This document shows, piece by piece, positions 8,950 through 19,280 of a stretch of DNA of 32,000 nt. The position numbers and the translations under genes were made by a program. The stretch covers positions 12,224-44,223 of the forward strand of contig CAMMTN010000011.1 of assembly GCA_946499885.1 (NCBI GenBank), given 5' to 3'. Under the pieces are notes generated by a model that saw only the letters and a list, made by a program, of their open reading frames with translations, was not told where the DNA came from and made no database searches. Positions within the stretch are counted from its first letter, which is position 1, and each line of letters starts with the position of its first letter. Source of the stretch: an uncultured Clostridium sp. (GTDB taxonomy: Bacteria > Bacillota > Clostridia > TANB77 > CAG-508).

Positions 8950-10146
8950 ATGAAAAAAATAATTACAGCACTTGGTAATGAAAAAATATATAATATATTG
9001 AAACAAGAAAATGATATTGAAATTATAGTAAATGATATTCAATATAAAGAAGGAATAATAGAAGTATTAGAAAAATATTTTGACATTGATTTTATTATAA
9101 TAAATAATTTGCTACAAGGAGAAATATCATTAGAAGATTTAATTAAAAAAATAATAAAAATTAATAATAATATAAAAATAATTTTAATTATAGAAAAAAA
9201 GAATGAAGAAATAAATAATAATGGTATATATAAAATTTTATATAATAATGAAAATTTAATAAGACAAATAATTGAAATTATAAATGGAAATAAATATGAT
9301 ATTGAAATAAAAAATGAAAATAACAATTTAAAAAATATTATTTCAAAAAAAGATAAAAAAATAAAAAATAAATTAAATTCAAATAAAATAAATTTTATAA
9401 AAATTAATAAATTAATATTAAATAAATTAAAAATAAAATTATTTAATATTAATAATAAAAAAATAGATAATAATGTTTCAAGAATAATTACTGTAACTGG
9501 TCCAAATGGAGTAGGGAAAAGCATTATATCTGCAAATTTAGCAAAAATAAATATTTATTCTAAAAATAAAATTTTAATAATTGATTTTAATCTTAATAAT
9601 TATTCTATTAGTACTATTCTAGGTGCAAAAAAATATCCAATAAAAAATAGTAAAAATATATTAGAAAATATTATAAAAATAAATAAAAGAATATACTTGA
9701 TTTTAGGAGAATTTTTATTAAATTCAGAAAATAAAATTGCTAAAGAAAAAATAGAAAAATTAAAAAATAATTATGATTTAATAATTATAGATTTAAGCCC
9801 ATATAATTGTGTTAAAAATCTAATAGATTTATTTAATTTTAGTGATTTTAATTTATTTTTATCAGATACTAATTTTTTAGAAATAAGTAAAACAATTAAT
9901 TTATTAAATATATTTATAAATAAATATAAAATAAATAAAAATAAATTTAGTATTTTATTTAATAAATATAATTTAAAATCAATTAATTATAAATTATTAG
10001 AAAAAATATTCTCAGAGTTTAAAATAATAGGATATTTAAAATTTAATAATAATTATAATAAATTAATAAATAAAAATAAAAAGAATTTTGGAGGTGAGAA
10101 AAAAATAAGAAACGAATATTTATATATAAATAAAAAATTAAAATAA
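8950..10146 (+). CDS. CpaE/TadZ-like protein: atypical receiver-like N-domain, N/K-rich low-complexity linker, MinD/ParA-type P-loop ATPase
   Basis: The N-terminal ~115 aa show an alternating beta/alpha pattern (KIITALG..IEIIV..DFIIINN..KIILII) without the acidic pocket. The P-loop is VTGPNGVGKSIISANLA (aa 181-197) and the Walker B-like segment is DLIIIDLSP. Confidence 0.55.
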   Translation: MKKIITALGNEKIYNILKQENDIEIIVNDIQYKEGIIEVLEKYFDIDFIIINNLLQGEISLEDLIKKIIKINNNIKIILIIEKKNEEINNNGIYKILYNNENLIRQIIEIINGNKYDIEIKNENNNLKNIISKKDKKIKNKLNSNKINFIKINKLILNKLKIKLFNINNKKIDNNVSRIITVTGPNGVGKSIISANLAKINIYSKNKILIIDFNLNNYSISTILGAKKYPIKNSKNILENIIKINKRIYLILGEFLLNSENKIAKEKIEKLKNNYDLIIIDLSPYNCVKNLIDLFNFSDFNLFLSDTNFLEISKTINLLNIFINKYKINKNKFSILFNKYNLKSINYKLLEKIFSEFKIIGYLKFNNNYNKLINKNKKNFGGEKKIRNEYLYINKKLK

Positions 10147-10170
10147 ATGTAATAAAGGGAGAGGATAATT

Positions 10171-10890
10171 ATGCAATTAGAAAATAATATGGAAATAAAT
10201 AATAATTTAAATGAAATTGTTAGTGAAAAAGAACAAAATAGTTTTCTTAATTCAACATTAGGAAAAGTTGTAGATTCTGCAATAGATGTAGGTTTAAGAA
10301 TGGTTCTACCAGATTTTATAGAAGATGGAACAATAGCAGTAAAAAATGCTCTTTTGCAAGGCGGGCTAAAAGAAGGAATAGATACAGCAATAAATGGAGC
10401 AATTAGTTTAGGAAAAAGTGTGTTAGGAATATTTACAGGAAAATTTGATGATATTTCTCAAGCAAGAAATGCTATAAAAAGTGGAGGAATAATAGATGGA
10501 ATATCAGATGTTTTAGATAAAGTAATAAACAAAACTAGCTCATCGGGAATAATTGACAAAAATATAGCAAATCTTATAAGCAACGGTAAAGATGCAATAT
10601 TGGATAGTGTAACAAACAAGATAGAAGATGAATTTACAAAACAAATTGATTCAGCAGAAAAGCTTGCAAAATATGAAACAAATTGGAAAGAATATTTTAA
10701 AAATAAAGATTTTAAAGGAATGCAAAGGGAATACGATAAAATAAAAGACAAAATAAAAGAATTATTGCCAATAGAAAATACTTTAAAAGAAGCAAGAGTA
10801 ATAGAAAATTTACATACATTAATAAAAAATAATGGACAAGATTTTAATTTGACAAAAGAACAATTAGAATTAGCAAATATGTTAAGCTAA
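10171..10890 (+). CDS. Hypothetical protein (helical, with internal G-[IL]-x-D/E-G-I repeats)
   Basis: 239-aa ORF with strong RBS GGGAGAGG and its own terminator. Composition is ordinary compared with its neighbours. No family recognised. Confidence 0.6.
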   Translation: MQLENNMEINNNLNEIVSEKEQNSFLNSTLGKVVDSAIDVGLRMVLPDFIEDGTIAVKNALLQGGLKEGIDTAINGAISLGKSVLGIFTGKFDDISQARNAIKSGGIIDGISDVLDKVINKTSSSGIIDKNIANLISNGKDAILDSVTNKIEDEFTKQIDSAEKLAKYETNWKEYFKNKDFKGMQREYDKIKDKIKELLPIENTLKEARVIENLHTLIKNNGQDFNLTKEQLELANMLS

Positions 10891-10894
10891 GTAA

Positions 10895-10930
10895 AAAACT
10901 AGCAAATTCTTTAGAATTTAGCTAGTTTTC
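10895..10930 (+). terminator. Intrinsic terminator ending the insert operon
   Basis: AAAACTAGCAAATTC (10895-10909) pairs with GAATTTAGCTAGTTTT (10914-10929), with one bulge. Loop TTTA and a T-run. Confidence 0.65.
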
Positions 10931-10932
10931 AC

Positions 10933-10962
10933 TTGCAAAAATAAGCTATTTTATAGTATAAT
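10933..10962 (+). promoter_or_regulatory. Candidate gyrA promoter
   Basis: TTGCAA (10933-10938), 18 nt, TATAAT (10957-10962), about 45 nt upstream of the gyrA ATG. Confidence 0.5.
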
Positions 10963-11006
10963 ACACTTGTATTTAAAACATATGTGTGAAAGGACGGAAA
11001 ACAAAA

Positions 11007-13454
11007 ATGGAAGAAAATGAAGGAAAAATCATTGAAAGAAATATTGAACAAGAAATGAAAACATCATATATTGATTATGCAATGAGTGTTATTGTTTCTC
11101 GTGCACTTCCTGATGTAAGAGATGGTTTAAAACCAGTACATAGAAGAATATTATATGCTATGTATGAAGATGGTATAACTTCTGATAAAGCTTATAGGAA
11201 AAGTGCAAATACAGTTGGTTCTGTTTTAGGAAGATATCATCCTCATGGAGATGCTTCTGTATATGATGCTATGGTAAGAATGGCACAAGACTTTTCTCTT
11301 AGATATCCATTAATAGATGGTCATGGAAACTTTGGTTCAATTGATGGAGACTCAGCAGCTGCTATGAGGTACACAGAAGCTAGAATGTCAAAAATATCTG
11401 AAACAATGCTTACTGATATAGAAAAAAATACAGTAGATTTTATGCCAAACTATGATGACAGATTACAAGAGCCAACAGTATTACCATCAAAAATACCAAC
11501 TCTTCTAATTAATGGGTCATCAGGGATTGCAGTTGGAATGGCAACAAATATACCACCACACAATTTAACAGAGGTAATAAATGGTATTGTAAAAATTATT
11601 GATTCAGATAATGTTACAGATGAAGAACTAATGGCAATAATAAAAGGACCAGATTTTCCTACAGAAGGATTAATTTTAGGAAGAGAAGGTATAAAAGAAG
11701 CTTATACAACAGGTAAAGGTAAAATTACAATGAGAGCAGAGGCAGAAATAGAAGAAATGAGTGGAAATAAACAAAGAATTATTGTAAGCTCTTTACCATA
11801 CCAAGTAAATAAGGCTAAATTAATTGAAAATATTGCAAATTTAGTTAAAGAAAAAAGAATTGAAGGAATATCAGAAGTAAGAGATGAATCTGATAGAGAA
11901 GAAAAAGTAAGAGTTGTAGTTGAACTAAAAAGAGATGTTAATGCACAAGTTATACTAAATCAACTATATAAATTTACTCAAATGCAAGAAACATTTGGTG
12001 TTATTATGCTTGCATTAGTTGATGGTCAGCCTAAAATATTAACTTTAAGACAATGCTTAGAATATTACATAGATCATAGAAAAACTGTTATTCTTCGTAG
12101 AACTCAATTTGACTTAGATAAGGCATTAGCAAGAGCTCATATATTAGAAGGATTAAAAATTGCATTAGACAATATTGATGAAGTAATTGAAATTATTAGA
12201 AATTCTTATGATGATGCAAAAGAAAGATTAATGGAAAGATTTGGTCTTTCAGATATACAAGCTCAAGCAATTCTTGATATGAGATTAAAAACATTATCAG
12301 GTTTACAACGTGAAAAAATAGAAGAAGAATATAATGAATTAATGAAGTTAATTGAACATTTAAGAGCAATACTTGCAAGCGATAGACTAGTATATGACAT
12401 TATAAAAGAAGAATTATTAGAAATAAAAGATAAATACGGTGATGAAAGAAAAACAAAAATAGTAGCAGCTGAAGGAGAATTTGATGTTGAAGATTTAATT
12501 AAAGAAGAACAATGCGTTGTTGCCTTAACTCATTTTGGATATGTAAAGAGAATGCCAATTGATACATATAAAAGCCAAAAAAGAGGAGGAAAAGGAATAA
12601 CAGGAATTGCAACTAGAGAAGAAGATTTTGTAAAACAAATATTTACTGCATCTACGCATGATACTATATTATTCTTTAGTAATAAAGGAAAGGTATATAG
12701 ATTAAGAGGATATGAAATACCAGAAGCAGGAAGAACAGCAAAAGGTACAGCAATAGTAAATCTTTTAGCTTTAGACGGCGGAGAAAAAATATCTGCAGTT
12801 ATTCCAATTTCTAATTTTGCAGATGGAAAATATCTTTTAATGGCAACAAGAAATGGAACTATTAAAAAGACACCTTTAAATGAATATATTTCTGTAAGAA
12901 AAAACGGATTAATAGGAATAACACTAAAAGAAAATGATGAATTAATAGATGTAAGATTAACTGATGGAGAAGATAATGTAGTTCTTGTTACAAGTAAAGG
13001 TATGTGTATTACATTTGATGAAAAAGATGTAAGACCAATGGGAAGAACCTCTCAAGGTGTAATTGGAATTAGAGTTTCAGAAGATGATTTTGTAATAGGA
13101 ATGGAATCTATAATTCAAGGAAGTAAAGCTACACTTCTTGCAATTACTGAAAACGGATTTGGAAAGAGAACAGAACTTGATGAATACAGAGTTCAAACAA
13201 GAGGGGGAAAAGGAGTAATAACATATAAGGTAACTCATAAAACAGGAAATTTAGTTGGAATAAGAATTGCAACAGATGATGAAGATGTAATGCTTATAAC
13301 TGATACAGGTACAATAATTAGACTAAGAGTTGCAGAAATTAGTGTTCTTGGAAGATCTACACAAGGAGTAACTTTAATGAGAACAAATGAAGGTAAAGTA
13401 GTTAGCATAGAAACGATACCAATGGAAGAAAAAAATGAAGATTCAGGTGAATAA
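11007..13454 (+). CDS. gyrA: DNA gyrase subunit A
   Basis: [37 protein letters not shown], the catalytic-Tyr region [10 protein letters not shown], and C-terminal beta-pinwheel repeats. The ORF opens at GTG 10986, but ATG 11007 is the likelier start. Confidence 0.97.
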   Translation: MEENEGKIIERNIEQEMKTSYIDYAMSVIVSRALPDVRDGLKPVHRRILYAMYEDGITSDKAYRKSANTVGSVLGRYHPHGDASVYDAMVRMAQDFSLRYPLIDGHGNFGSIDGDSAAAMRYTEARMSKISETMLTDIEKNTVDFMPNYDDRLQEPTVLPSKIPTLLINGSSGIAVGMATNIPPHNLTEVINGIVKIIDSDNVTDEELMAIIKGPDFPTEGLILGREGIKEAYTTGKGKITMRAEAEIEEMSGNKQRIIVSSLPYQVNKAKLIENIANLVKEKRIEGISEVRDESDREEKVRVVVELKRDVNAQVILNQLYKFTQMQETFGVIMLALVDGQPKILTLRQCLEYYIDHRKTVILRRTQFDLDKALARAHILEGLKIALDNIDEVIEIIRNSYDDAKERLMERFGLSDIQAQAILDMRLKTLSGLQREKIEEEYNELMKLIEHLRAILASDRLVYDIIKEELLEIKDKYGDERKTKIVAAEGEFDVEDLIKEEQCVVALTHFGYVKRMPIDTYKSQKRGGKGITGIATREEDFVKQIFTASTHDTILFFSNKGKVYRLRGYEIPEAGRTAKGTAIVNLLALDGGEKISAVIPISNFADGKYLLMATRNGTIKKTPLNEYISVRKNGLIGITLKENDELIDVRLTDGEDNVVLVTSKGMCITFDEKDVRPMGRTSQGVIGIRVSEDDFVIGMESIIQGSKATLLAITENGFGKRTELDEYRVQTRGGKGVITYKVTHKTGNLVGIRIATDDEDVMLITDTGTIIRLRVAEISVLGRSTQGVTLMRTNEGKVVSIETIPMEEKNEDSGE

Positions 13455-13517
13455 GTATAATTGCAACAATTGAATCATTAGAAATACATGATAAAAACAA
13501 AAATCAAGAAGAAAGAT

Positions 13518-13547
13518 AAAGGACTGAGTTTAATCAGTCCTTTTTTT
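13518..13547. terminator. Bidirectional terminator shared by gyrA (+) and the helicase-loader gene (-)
   Basis: AAAGGACTGA / TCAGTCCTTTTTTT: stem GGACTGA 13521-13527 / TCAGTCC 13534-13540, flanked by an A-run and a T-run. It overlaps the stop codon of the minus-strand gene. Confidence 0.7.
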
Positions 13548-14534
13548 AAATCTAATATCATCTCCGAAAAAATAACAAATATCATAATTTCCAACAATTC
13601 TTGAAACGATACGTTCATCATAATTTGAATATAAATTTTTCAAACTTAAATTAGTAGAAATAATAGTTTTTGTAACTTTATTTTGATTTAATAATCTAGT
13701 ATTAATAATATTAAATAACTCCGTAAATTTCATACCATTCATACATTCTGTTCCTAAATCATCTATTATTAATAAATCGACATTTAAAATACTATCTAGA
13801 ATATTTGAATCCCTTGTTTTTCCAAATCTGTAATCTATTATGGAATCAAGCATAACTGGAGCTGTTTGATATAAGACATTTTTACCTTTTTTCAATAATT
13901 CATTTGCAATTGCACTTGATAAAAATGTTTTTCCTAAACCTGTATTTCCAGTAAATAATAAATTTTTTTGGTTTATATCCTCAAAATTTTCTATAAATTT
14001 AAAACAAATATTTTTTATTAAATTAATATTTTCTCTTGGAGAGATACTAGTATGATACTTATTTTCATCTACTTTATCAGAATAATATAAATCAGAAAAA
14101 TTTTCAAAATTTTGTGTATTTAAATTTGAAATATTTGCTTTATTATATTGCTCATTATAAAGTTTTTGTTTTAAACAACTACACATAGAGGAAGTATAAT
14201 CAATATTTGTTATATATCCTGAATCTTTGCACAGACTACATTCATAATGTGGCTCGAAAAAATCTTCAGAAATATTAATAGATTTTAAAATTTTACTTTT
14301 TTCATTTTTTAATTTAGTAATATTATTATTTAATTCTTCTAATAATTTCTTATCATTATTATTTATTATAGATTTAGTAGTAGAAATAGCAAGAAAAGTT
14401 AATTTATCATCTATTTCTTGAAGTTTAGGGTATTTTTTATATAATTCTTGCTTTCTTAAATTTGCTTCATATTCAGCATTTATTTTTTTCTTATTGTATT
14501 GTGATAATATATTTTTTAATAAAATATCTGACAT
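13530..14534 (-). CDS. DnaI/DnaC-like replicative helicase loader (AAA+ ATPase with N-terminal Cys cluster)
   Basis: Cys motif CSLCKDSGYI...CSC, Walker A FTGNTGLGKTFLSSAIANEL, Walker B DLLIIDDLGTE, and a sensor region TIISTN. Confidence 0.85.
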   Translation of the reverse strand: MSDILLKNILSQYNKKKINAEYEANLRKQELYKKYPKLQEIDDKLTFLAISTTKSIINNNDKKLLEELNNNITKLKNEKSKILKSINISEDFFEPHYECSLCKDSGYITNIDYTSSMCSCLKQKLYNEQYNKANISNLNTQNFENFSDLYYSDKVDENKYHTSISPRENINLIKNICFKFIENFEDINQKNLLFTGNTGLGKTFLSSAIANELLKKGKNVLYQTAPVMLDSIIDYRFGKTRDSNILDSILNVDLLIIDDLGTECMNGMKFTELFNIINTRLLNQNKVTKTIISTNLSLKNLYSNYDERIVSRIVGNYDICYFFGDDIRFKKRTD

Positions 14535-14627
14535 TAAAATTTATATGATATATTTAAAAATAAATAATCATAATCTCCTTTTGCAATATATTTAGGTTTT
14601 TTATAAAGGATGTACCCATAAACCCAA

Positions 14628-15593
14628 TTATTTAAGATTCGCATATAAACTCTCTAAATTATCATAAGTTCTTTGTTCATATTTATTATATCCTGTTTGT
14701 TTTTCTAATTGTTTTACATTTTTATTTTTTTCTTTCATCTCAGATAAAAATTCCTGAACTTCATTTGAAGTTTTAAAACCTCTATCATGCCAATCAGTAA
14801 GTAATTTATCCAAATAATCAAAAGTAGGGTTAGCCTTTGAAGTTGTACGTTTTAATGCAATTTCAATAATATCCATACTAAATCCAAAATCAATAATCCA
14901 TTTTTCTATATACCCATACTCATATTGTGTAAGATTTCTAGAAATTCCTAATTTTTTTGAAATGGTTTTAGCAATTACATTTATTTTTTCTTGTTTTTCG
15001 TAATATGTATCTAAATCATTAAAACTTCTTATATTGTTTTTGTTCCAAGCCTCTGCTACTGTTTGTACATAATTTTTGTGAAGAGCAGATTTATCAAAAC
15101 AATATCCAAACAGAGCAATCATTACTTCTTCATCAAAATTATATTTTTTAAACCATAGTTCTATTTCAGGATACCAAGTAGTAGGCATAAGCCCTGAAAA
15201 ATATTTGTTGTTTATAAAATCAATTGCTTTTGCACGTTTTTGATTTTCAGCAGATTTTTTTAATTGGTCAGCAGATAAAGCAGTTTTAGGTTTATACAAT
15301 TTGTGTAATTCAATTTCTTGAATGCTATTAATAATATATCCAGTATTCTTCTTTGTTATTAAACATTTATCTTCCCAATATTTAACTGCATCTTGAATTG
15401 TTTTTAATGGAAGAACTAATTTTTTAGATAAATCATTTACTTTAATATCTTTATCATATTTTGATAAAAATACCATATATAAATATACTTTTATGAAATC
15501 GCCAGAAGCTTCTGATAAATATTCAGAAAAAAATATATCTGGTAATAAAGTATTTGAAAATAATGATGATAAGTCTGCACTTTCTAATTTCAT
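14628..15593 (-). CDS. DnaD/DnaB-type replication initiation (primosome) protein with two DnaB_2-like repeats
   Basis: The N-terminal LPDIFFSEYLSEASGDFIKVYLYMVF is winged-helix-like. There are two repeats of the DnaD C-terminal type (..ALFGYCFDK..YVQTVAEAWNKNNI.. and ..IIEIALKRT..FDYLDKLLTDWHDRGF..). RBS AAAGGGGGA. Confidence 0.8.
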   Translation of the reverse strand: MKLESADLSSLFSNTLLPDIFFSEYLSEASGDFIKVYLYMVFLSKYDKDIKVNDLSKKLVLPLKTIQDAVKYWEDKCLITKKNTGYIINSIQEIELHKLYKPKTALSADQLKKSAENQKRAKAIDFINNKYFSGLMPTTWYPEIELWFKKYNFDEEVMIALFGYCFDKSALHKNYVQTVAEAWNKNNIRSFNDLDTYYEKQEKINVIAKTISKKLGISRNLTQYEYGYIEKWIIDFGFSMDIIEIALKRTTSKANPTFDYLDKLLTDWHDRGFKTSNEVQEFLSEMKEKNKNVKQLEKQTGYNKYEQRTYDNLESLYANLK

Positions 15594-15624
15594 CTATAGT
15601 TCCCCCTTTAAAAGTATGAATAAG

Positions 15625-15653
15625 ATTATATCATTATATTTGTGTTTTTACAA
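15625..15653 (-). promoter_or_regulatory. Candidate sigma-A promoter of the dnaD-like/dnaI-like operon
   Basis: On the minus strand: TTGTAA (15653-15648), 17 nt, TATAAT (15630-15625), about 30 nt upstream of the ATG at 15593. Confidence 0.55.
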
Positions 15654-15729
15654 TCCAAAAAAAAGGAAAAAATAGTAGAAAAGAGAAGAAAAAGAAAGAA
15701 AAACATAGAAAAAAACAGTTTGTTAAAAT

Positions 15730-16014
15730 TTAATACTTTTTGTATAAATAAATTTTAGGTCTGCAAATATAAAAATATAAATATTGCAATATATATAATA
15801 TTTTTTCATGATTAAATCCTATTATACTAAATAAAGCAAAAGGCAAGAAAAGTATAATAAAAATACTAATTTTTACTGTTATATTAGGTATAAAAAAATA
15901 TACAAAAGCAAATATAATTAATCCCCATATTATATTTAAAATCACAGTAGTATAATCAATAAAACCTAATAACTTACTATTAAAATTATAATTTTGTGGA
16001 AAAATAAATTTCAT
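15730..16014 (-). CDS. PrgI/VirB3-like small conjugation membrane protein
   Basis: FPQNYNFNSKLLGFIDYTTVILNI followed by two TM helices and GFNHEKILYILQYLYFYICRPKIYLY, a PrgI/Tn916 Orf17-like layout. The ORF opens at GTG 16044, but ATG 16014 follows AAAGGAA by 11 nt. Confidence 0.55.
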   Translation of the reverse strand: MKFIFPQNYNFNSKLLGFIDYTTVILNIIWGLIIFAFVYFFIPNITVKISIFIILFLPFALFSIIGFNHEKILYILQYLYFYICRPKIYLYKKY

Positions 16015-16065
16015 ATAAAATACCATTCCTTTCTTTTGGTACACAAGTTATAAAAATAAATAAAA

Positions 16066-16956
16066 TTATTTTATATATCCTTTCAAAACTTTAAAATTCT
16101 GTGCAACATCTGTTGAAATACCTCCTATAAAATGTTGCACATAAGAATTTGCTCTAATTAAAGCATATATAGATCCAATGCACAATATTTTAGATGCAAC
16201 ATCTGGGCTTGCAAAATCTAAAGCAAATATTATTAATAAAACTATAGAAATAAAAGGTTGAACAAATAATAAAGATATAAATATTTTAAACCAAGATTTG
16301 AAAAACCAAGAACTAGAATTATTAATTAGTGTAAGTAAAGCAAAAGGGGTAAGAAGTACAAGAACTTTTACCATTATATATCTAAGAGAATATGAAAAAA
16401 GTAAACTCATAAAACTAGCAGAAATTAAACTTCTTAATAATCCATCAAAAGAAAAAACATTAAGGGTTGTAGAATCAATAGTTATTGTAGAATTTAAGTT
16501 TTCTATTAAATTAGAAAAACAAATTTTTTCACCTAATATATTTTGTCCAATTTCACGAATAGCATCAGAAATAAGAGAATTAAAATAAATAAAAGTTTCA
16601 CAAATAAAATAAGAGCAATTAATAAAAATTCCAAAAATTAATAATTTAAAAACAAATTGATAAGGTCTTTCTATTTGAATACCAGCAAAATATGAATATA
16701 GTAATTTAAAACAATAATATATGCACACAGCAAGTAACAATGAATTTGCAATTAGGATTAAGCTATTATTTGAATTATTATTAAATAATTTTTCAAATAA
16801 AGAATCATTAATAATATTAGTATTAATAAAAGATAATTCATCTAAAGTATTATAAACACTGTTATCAATAGAAGAAAATAATGTATTTAATAAAGTATTT
16901 ATTGTATCAATTATAACCTGTGAAATATTAGTTGTATTTGTAATTGCTTCTTCCAA
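16066..16956 (-). CDS. VirB6/TrbL-like polytopic conjugation channel protein
   Basis: Multi-TM protein (about 6 hydrophobic helices) with the family-like segment SYSLRYIMVKVLVLLTPFALL...WFKSWFKIF. The ORF opens at GTG 16995, but the in-frame TTG at 16956 sits 6 nt after GGAGGT (16968-16963). Confidence 0.6.
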   Translation of the reverse strand: MEEAITNTTNISQVIIDTINTLLNTLFSSIDNSVYNTLDELSFINTNIINDSLFEKLFNNNSNNSLILIANSLLLAVCIYYCFKLLYSYFAGIQIERPYQFVFKLLIFGIFINCSYFICETFIYFNSLISDAIREIGQNILGEKICFSNLIENLNSTITIDSTTLNVFSFDGLLRSLISASFMSLLFSYSLRYIMVKVLVLLTPFALLTLINNSSSWFFKSWFKIFISLLFVQPFISIVLLIIFALDFASPDVASKILCIGSIYALIRANSYVQHFIGGISTDVAQNFKVLKGYIK

Positions 16957-17042
16957 AAATATACCTCCAAAATAAAAATTTGATATAAAAACCACAAAAT
17001 TTATAAATTTAATAATAAAATATTTATTTAATAATTAAAAAA

Positions 17043-17390
17043 TTAATCAATTAAAGATTTAATAGCAGATAATATTAAATTAATTGCTAAAATAAATCCA
17101 TAAGAAAATAAGGATCCTCTGATTAATTTTTTTGCAACTCTAATTCTTTCTTCGTCACCAAAACTAAATTTTTTCATAAATACACCAACACCAACTGCAA
17201 CAGCAGCTGCAGGAGTAGCAAGAGTTAGAAGCCATCCTTCTATATCTTCAAAAGCATCATTTAGTTTTTTTACAAGCTCTGGTTCAGAATCAAAAAGTCC
17301 AGCCAAACTAATATTAGAAAATAAGAAAAATAATATAAATAAAAAGCAAATAGAATAAAAAATAATAAATTTAATTTTTTGTTTTTTCAT
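17043..17390 (-). CDS. VirB2/TrbC-like pilin-type small membrane protein
   Basis: 115 aa with a signal peptide (MKKQKIKFIIFYSICFLFILFFLFSNISLA|G) followed by two hydrophobic helices (LLTLATPAAAVAVGVGVF and LFSYGFILAINLILSAI). Topology and gene position are as for VirB2. Confidence 0.5.
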   Translation of the reverse strand: MKKQKIKFIIFYSICFLFILFFLFSNISLAGLFDSEPELVKKLNDAFEDIEGWLLTLATPAAAVAVGVGVFMKKFSFGDEERIRVAKKLIRGSLFSYGFILAINLILSAIKSLID

Positions 17391-17408
17391 AAAGTATCAT
17401 CCTTTCAA

Positions 17409-18959
17409 TTATTTTTTAAAATAAGGTTTTAATTTTATCTTTTGTGGCTTAATAATTTTATTACCATCAGATAAAAAAGATAAACTACAAAAATTTCCAA
17501 GTTCTTGGGTAAAAAACTTAGTATCATAAACATATTCATAGCTAATTTGTGTGCTAATACTTTCTGATATATTAGAATCAGTTGAATTTAAAGAATTAGT
17601 AATATAGCTATAATTAGTTTCTTTTGCATTTTCAGAAATACTTTTAAATATTTTTTCTTTATCTTCTTTACCAATTTGTTTTTGCGCATTTTCAATAGTA
17701 AAAATATCATCAGTTCTAAACCAAAATTTATTTACTAAATTTTGAATAATTACTTCTACAGAATATTTATTATTTAAAGTGTTTAAAAGGGAAGTATAAC
17801 TTTGTGTTGCTACAATATTTATACATTTTGCTTCTCTACTTTGGGCATAAAATTCACTATCTGAAACAGTTGCGTATTCATGATATTCATCTGATATAAA
17901 TGCAACAGTTCTAGAAGAATTTTTAAAATTGTGCGCAAGTCTTGCCATTACTTCTGATTGAAAATCTAGTTTTAAATAAGTTGCAATTATTTTAGATAAA
18001 ATTTTATACTCAGAAATATTCATATTTAAAACAACTATTTTTCCAGTATTAATTAAATCTTCAAAACCAAAGAAATTAAGTTCTTCTTTTTTGGGGTTAA
18101 AAGTAGAATATATCTCATAATCAGATACAAAGACATTTGTAATACGGGTAATTTCAGACTTTAAAATAGATAGAGTTCTTAAATCTAAAGATAAAAATTC
18201 TTTTTGAAAAAAAGTTAAACTAGATAATAAATTATAAATATCTTCTTTTGAAAATTCATTATTTATAAATTTATTTCGCAGTATTTCTATTTTTTCAAGA
18301 TAATAATTATTTTCAGAAATTAATTTATGTATTTCTTCAAAAGTGACATATCCATTATTATATAATCTACAAAGCTTGATACATTCTGCTAAAATTTGTT
18401 CTACTTTATCAAGCCAATAACTTTCAGAATTATTAGGAGAAAATAAAAGCAAAATTGTTTTTAATCTATTTGCTAAAACTGAAGCTTTTAAATTAGGTTT
18501 ATGTAAAGGATTATATTTATATTTTCCAGCTAAGCTAATTATAATTAAATCATTTTCTCTTTTAGCATTTTTAGCAAATTCAGAAACTTTAATATAATAA
18601 TTTCCTTTAACATCTAAAATAAGCATACCAATTTTATTTGAATTATCTAAAGCAGAATATTTAATTAATTGTTTAGTAAAAGGGTACATTGCACTACTTG
18701 TTTTTCCAGTACCAATAGTTCCTGTAATTAATATATTTTGATATAAACTTTTTTCTGATAAATATATGGGAATATTAGAAGAATAATTATTTCCAACAAA
18801 TAAATTTAAATCTTTTTTTATATTTTTTAAATTATTTTCGTTAAAAAAAGTATATTTATTTTTATTTAATTTTAATTTATAAAAAACAACGGAAATAAAT
18901 TTAAATATTTTTTTAAAATTAAATAAAATTAAAAACTTTTTTAATTTATTTAAAAACAA
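17409..18959 (-). CDS. virD4: VirD4/TraG-type type IV coupling protein (T4CP); annotated from TTG 18959, coding frame continues upstream
   Basis: Walker A LITGTIGTGKTSS, Walker B VAFISDEYHEYA, and ATQSYTSL (the QS..L motif of T4CPs). The N-terminal TM region lies in the same frame at 19280-18960 without an ATG, GTG or TTG. Confidence 0.8.
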   Translation of the reverse strand: MFLNKLKKFLILFNFKKIFKFISVVFYKLKLNKNKYTFFNENNLKNIKKDLNLFVGNNYSSNIPIYLSEKSLYQNILITGTIGTGKTSSAMYPFTKQLIKYSALDNSNKIGMLILDVKGNYYIKVSEFAKNAKRENDLIIISLAGKYKYNPLHKPNLKASVLANRLKTILLLFSPNNSESYWLDKVEQILAECIKLCRLYNNGYVTFEEIHKLISENNYYLEKIEILRNKFINNEFSKEDIYNLLSSLTFFQKEFLSLDLRTLSILKSEITRITNVFVSDYEIYSTFNPKKEELNFFGFEDLINTGKIVVLNMNISEYKILSKIIATYLKLDFQSEVMARLAHNFKNSSRTVAFISDEYHEYATVSDSEFYAQSREAKCINIVATQSYTSLLNTLNNKYSVEVIIQNLVNKFWFRTDDIFTIENAQKQIGKEDKEKIFKSISENAKETNYSYITNSLNSTDSNISESISTQISYEYVYDTKFFTQELGNFCSLSFLSDGNKIIKPQKIKLKPYFKK

Positions 18960-19280
18960 TTTATTTAAATTAAATAATTTTTTGAAAAATACAGAAAAAA
19001 TAAAATAAATAAAATTAGAAATAATAAATGAAGAAAAAATATATGTAATAAAAAATGTGATTTTAATATATTTCCATAAATCAGGATTTTTAATGCAAAT
19101 ATCAAAAGGATGTATTCCATAAGTAATTATTATAGAATTTGAATAAAAAATATTAGAAAATAATTTATATCCAATAAAACAATAAATAAATGAAAAAATA
19201 ATTATAAATAAAAATCGCTTAATAAAAGTACCTCCAATTATAAAATTTAAATAATTTAAAAAATGAAAATTGTAAAGAAA

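Larger units (their letters stand above)
5233..10930 (+). mobile_element. Extremely AT-rich insert between gyrB and gyrA carrying T4SS module A (VirB4 in two parts, ParA-like ATPase, unknown); likely remnant of a conjugative element
   Basis: It is bounded by the gyrB terminator and by its own terminator plus the gyrA promoter. Composition and N/K/I-rich proteins contrast with the flanking housekeeping genes. No integrase or att repeats were found. Confidence 0.5.

Noticed and set aside
14535-14627. Strong GGAGA (14578-14574, minus strand) followed by a 5-codon mini-ORF (ATG 14571) about 40 nt upstream of the dnaI-like ATG, which itself lacks an SD
   Set aside because: It could hint at leader-peptide or re-initiation control. 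However, the SD is only 2 nt from that ATG, and with a single sequence and no conservation data it cannot be told apart from chance.
15657-15715. ~60-nt polypurine (+ strand) / polypyrimidine tract between the VirB3-like stop and the dnaD-like promoter
   Set aside because: It is real in the sequence and could form H-DNA or act as a U-rich spacer. It is short, A-runs are ubiquitous in this genome, and no specific function can be argued.
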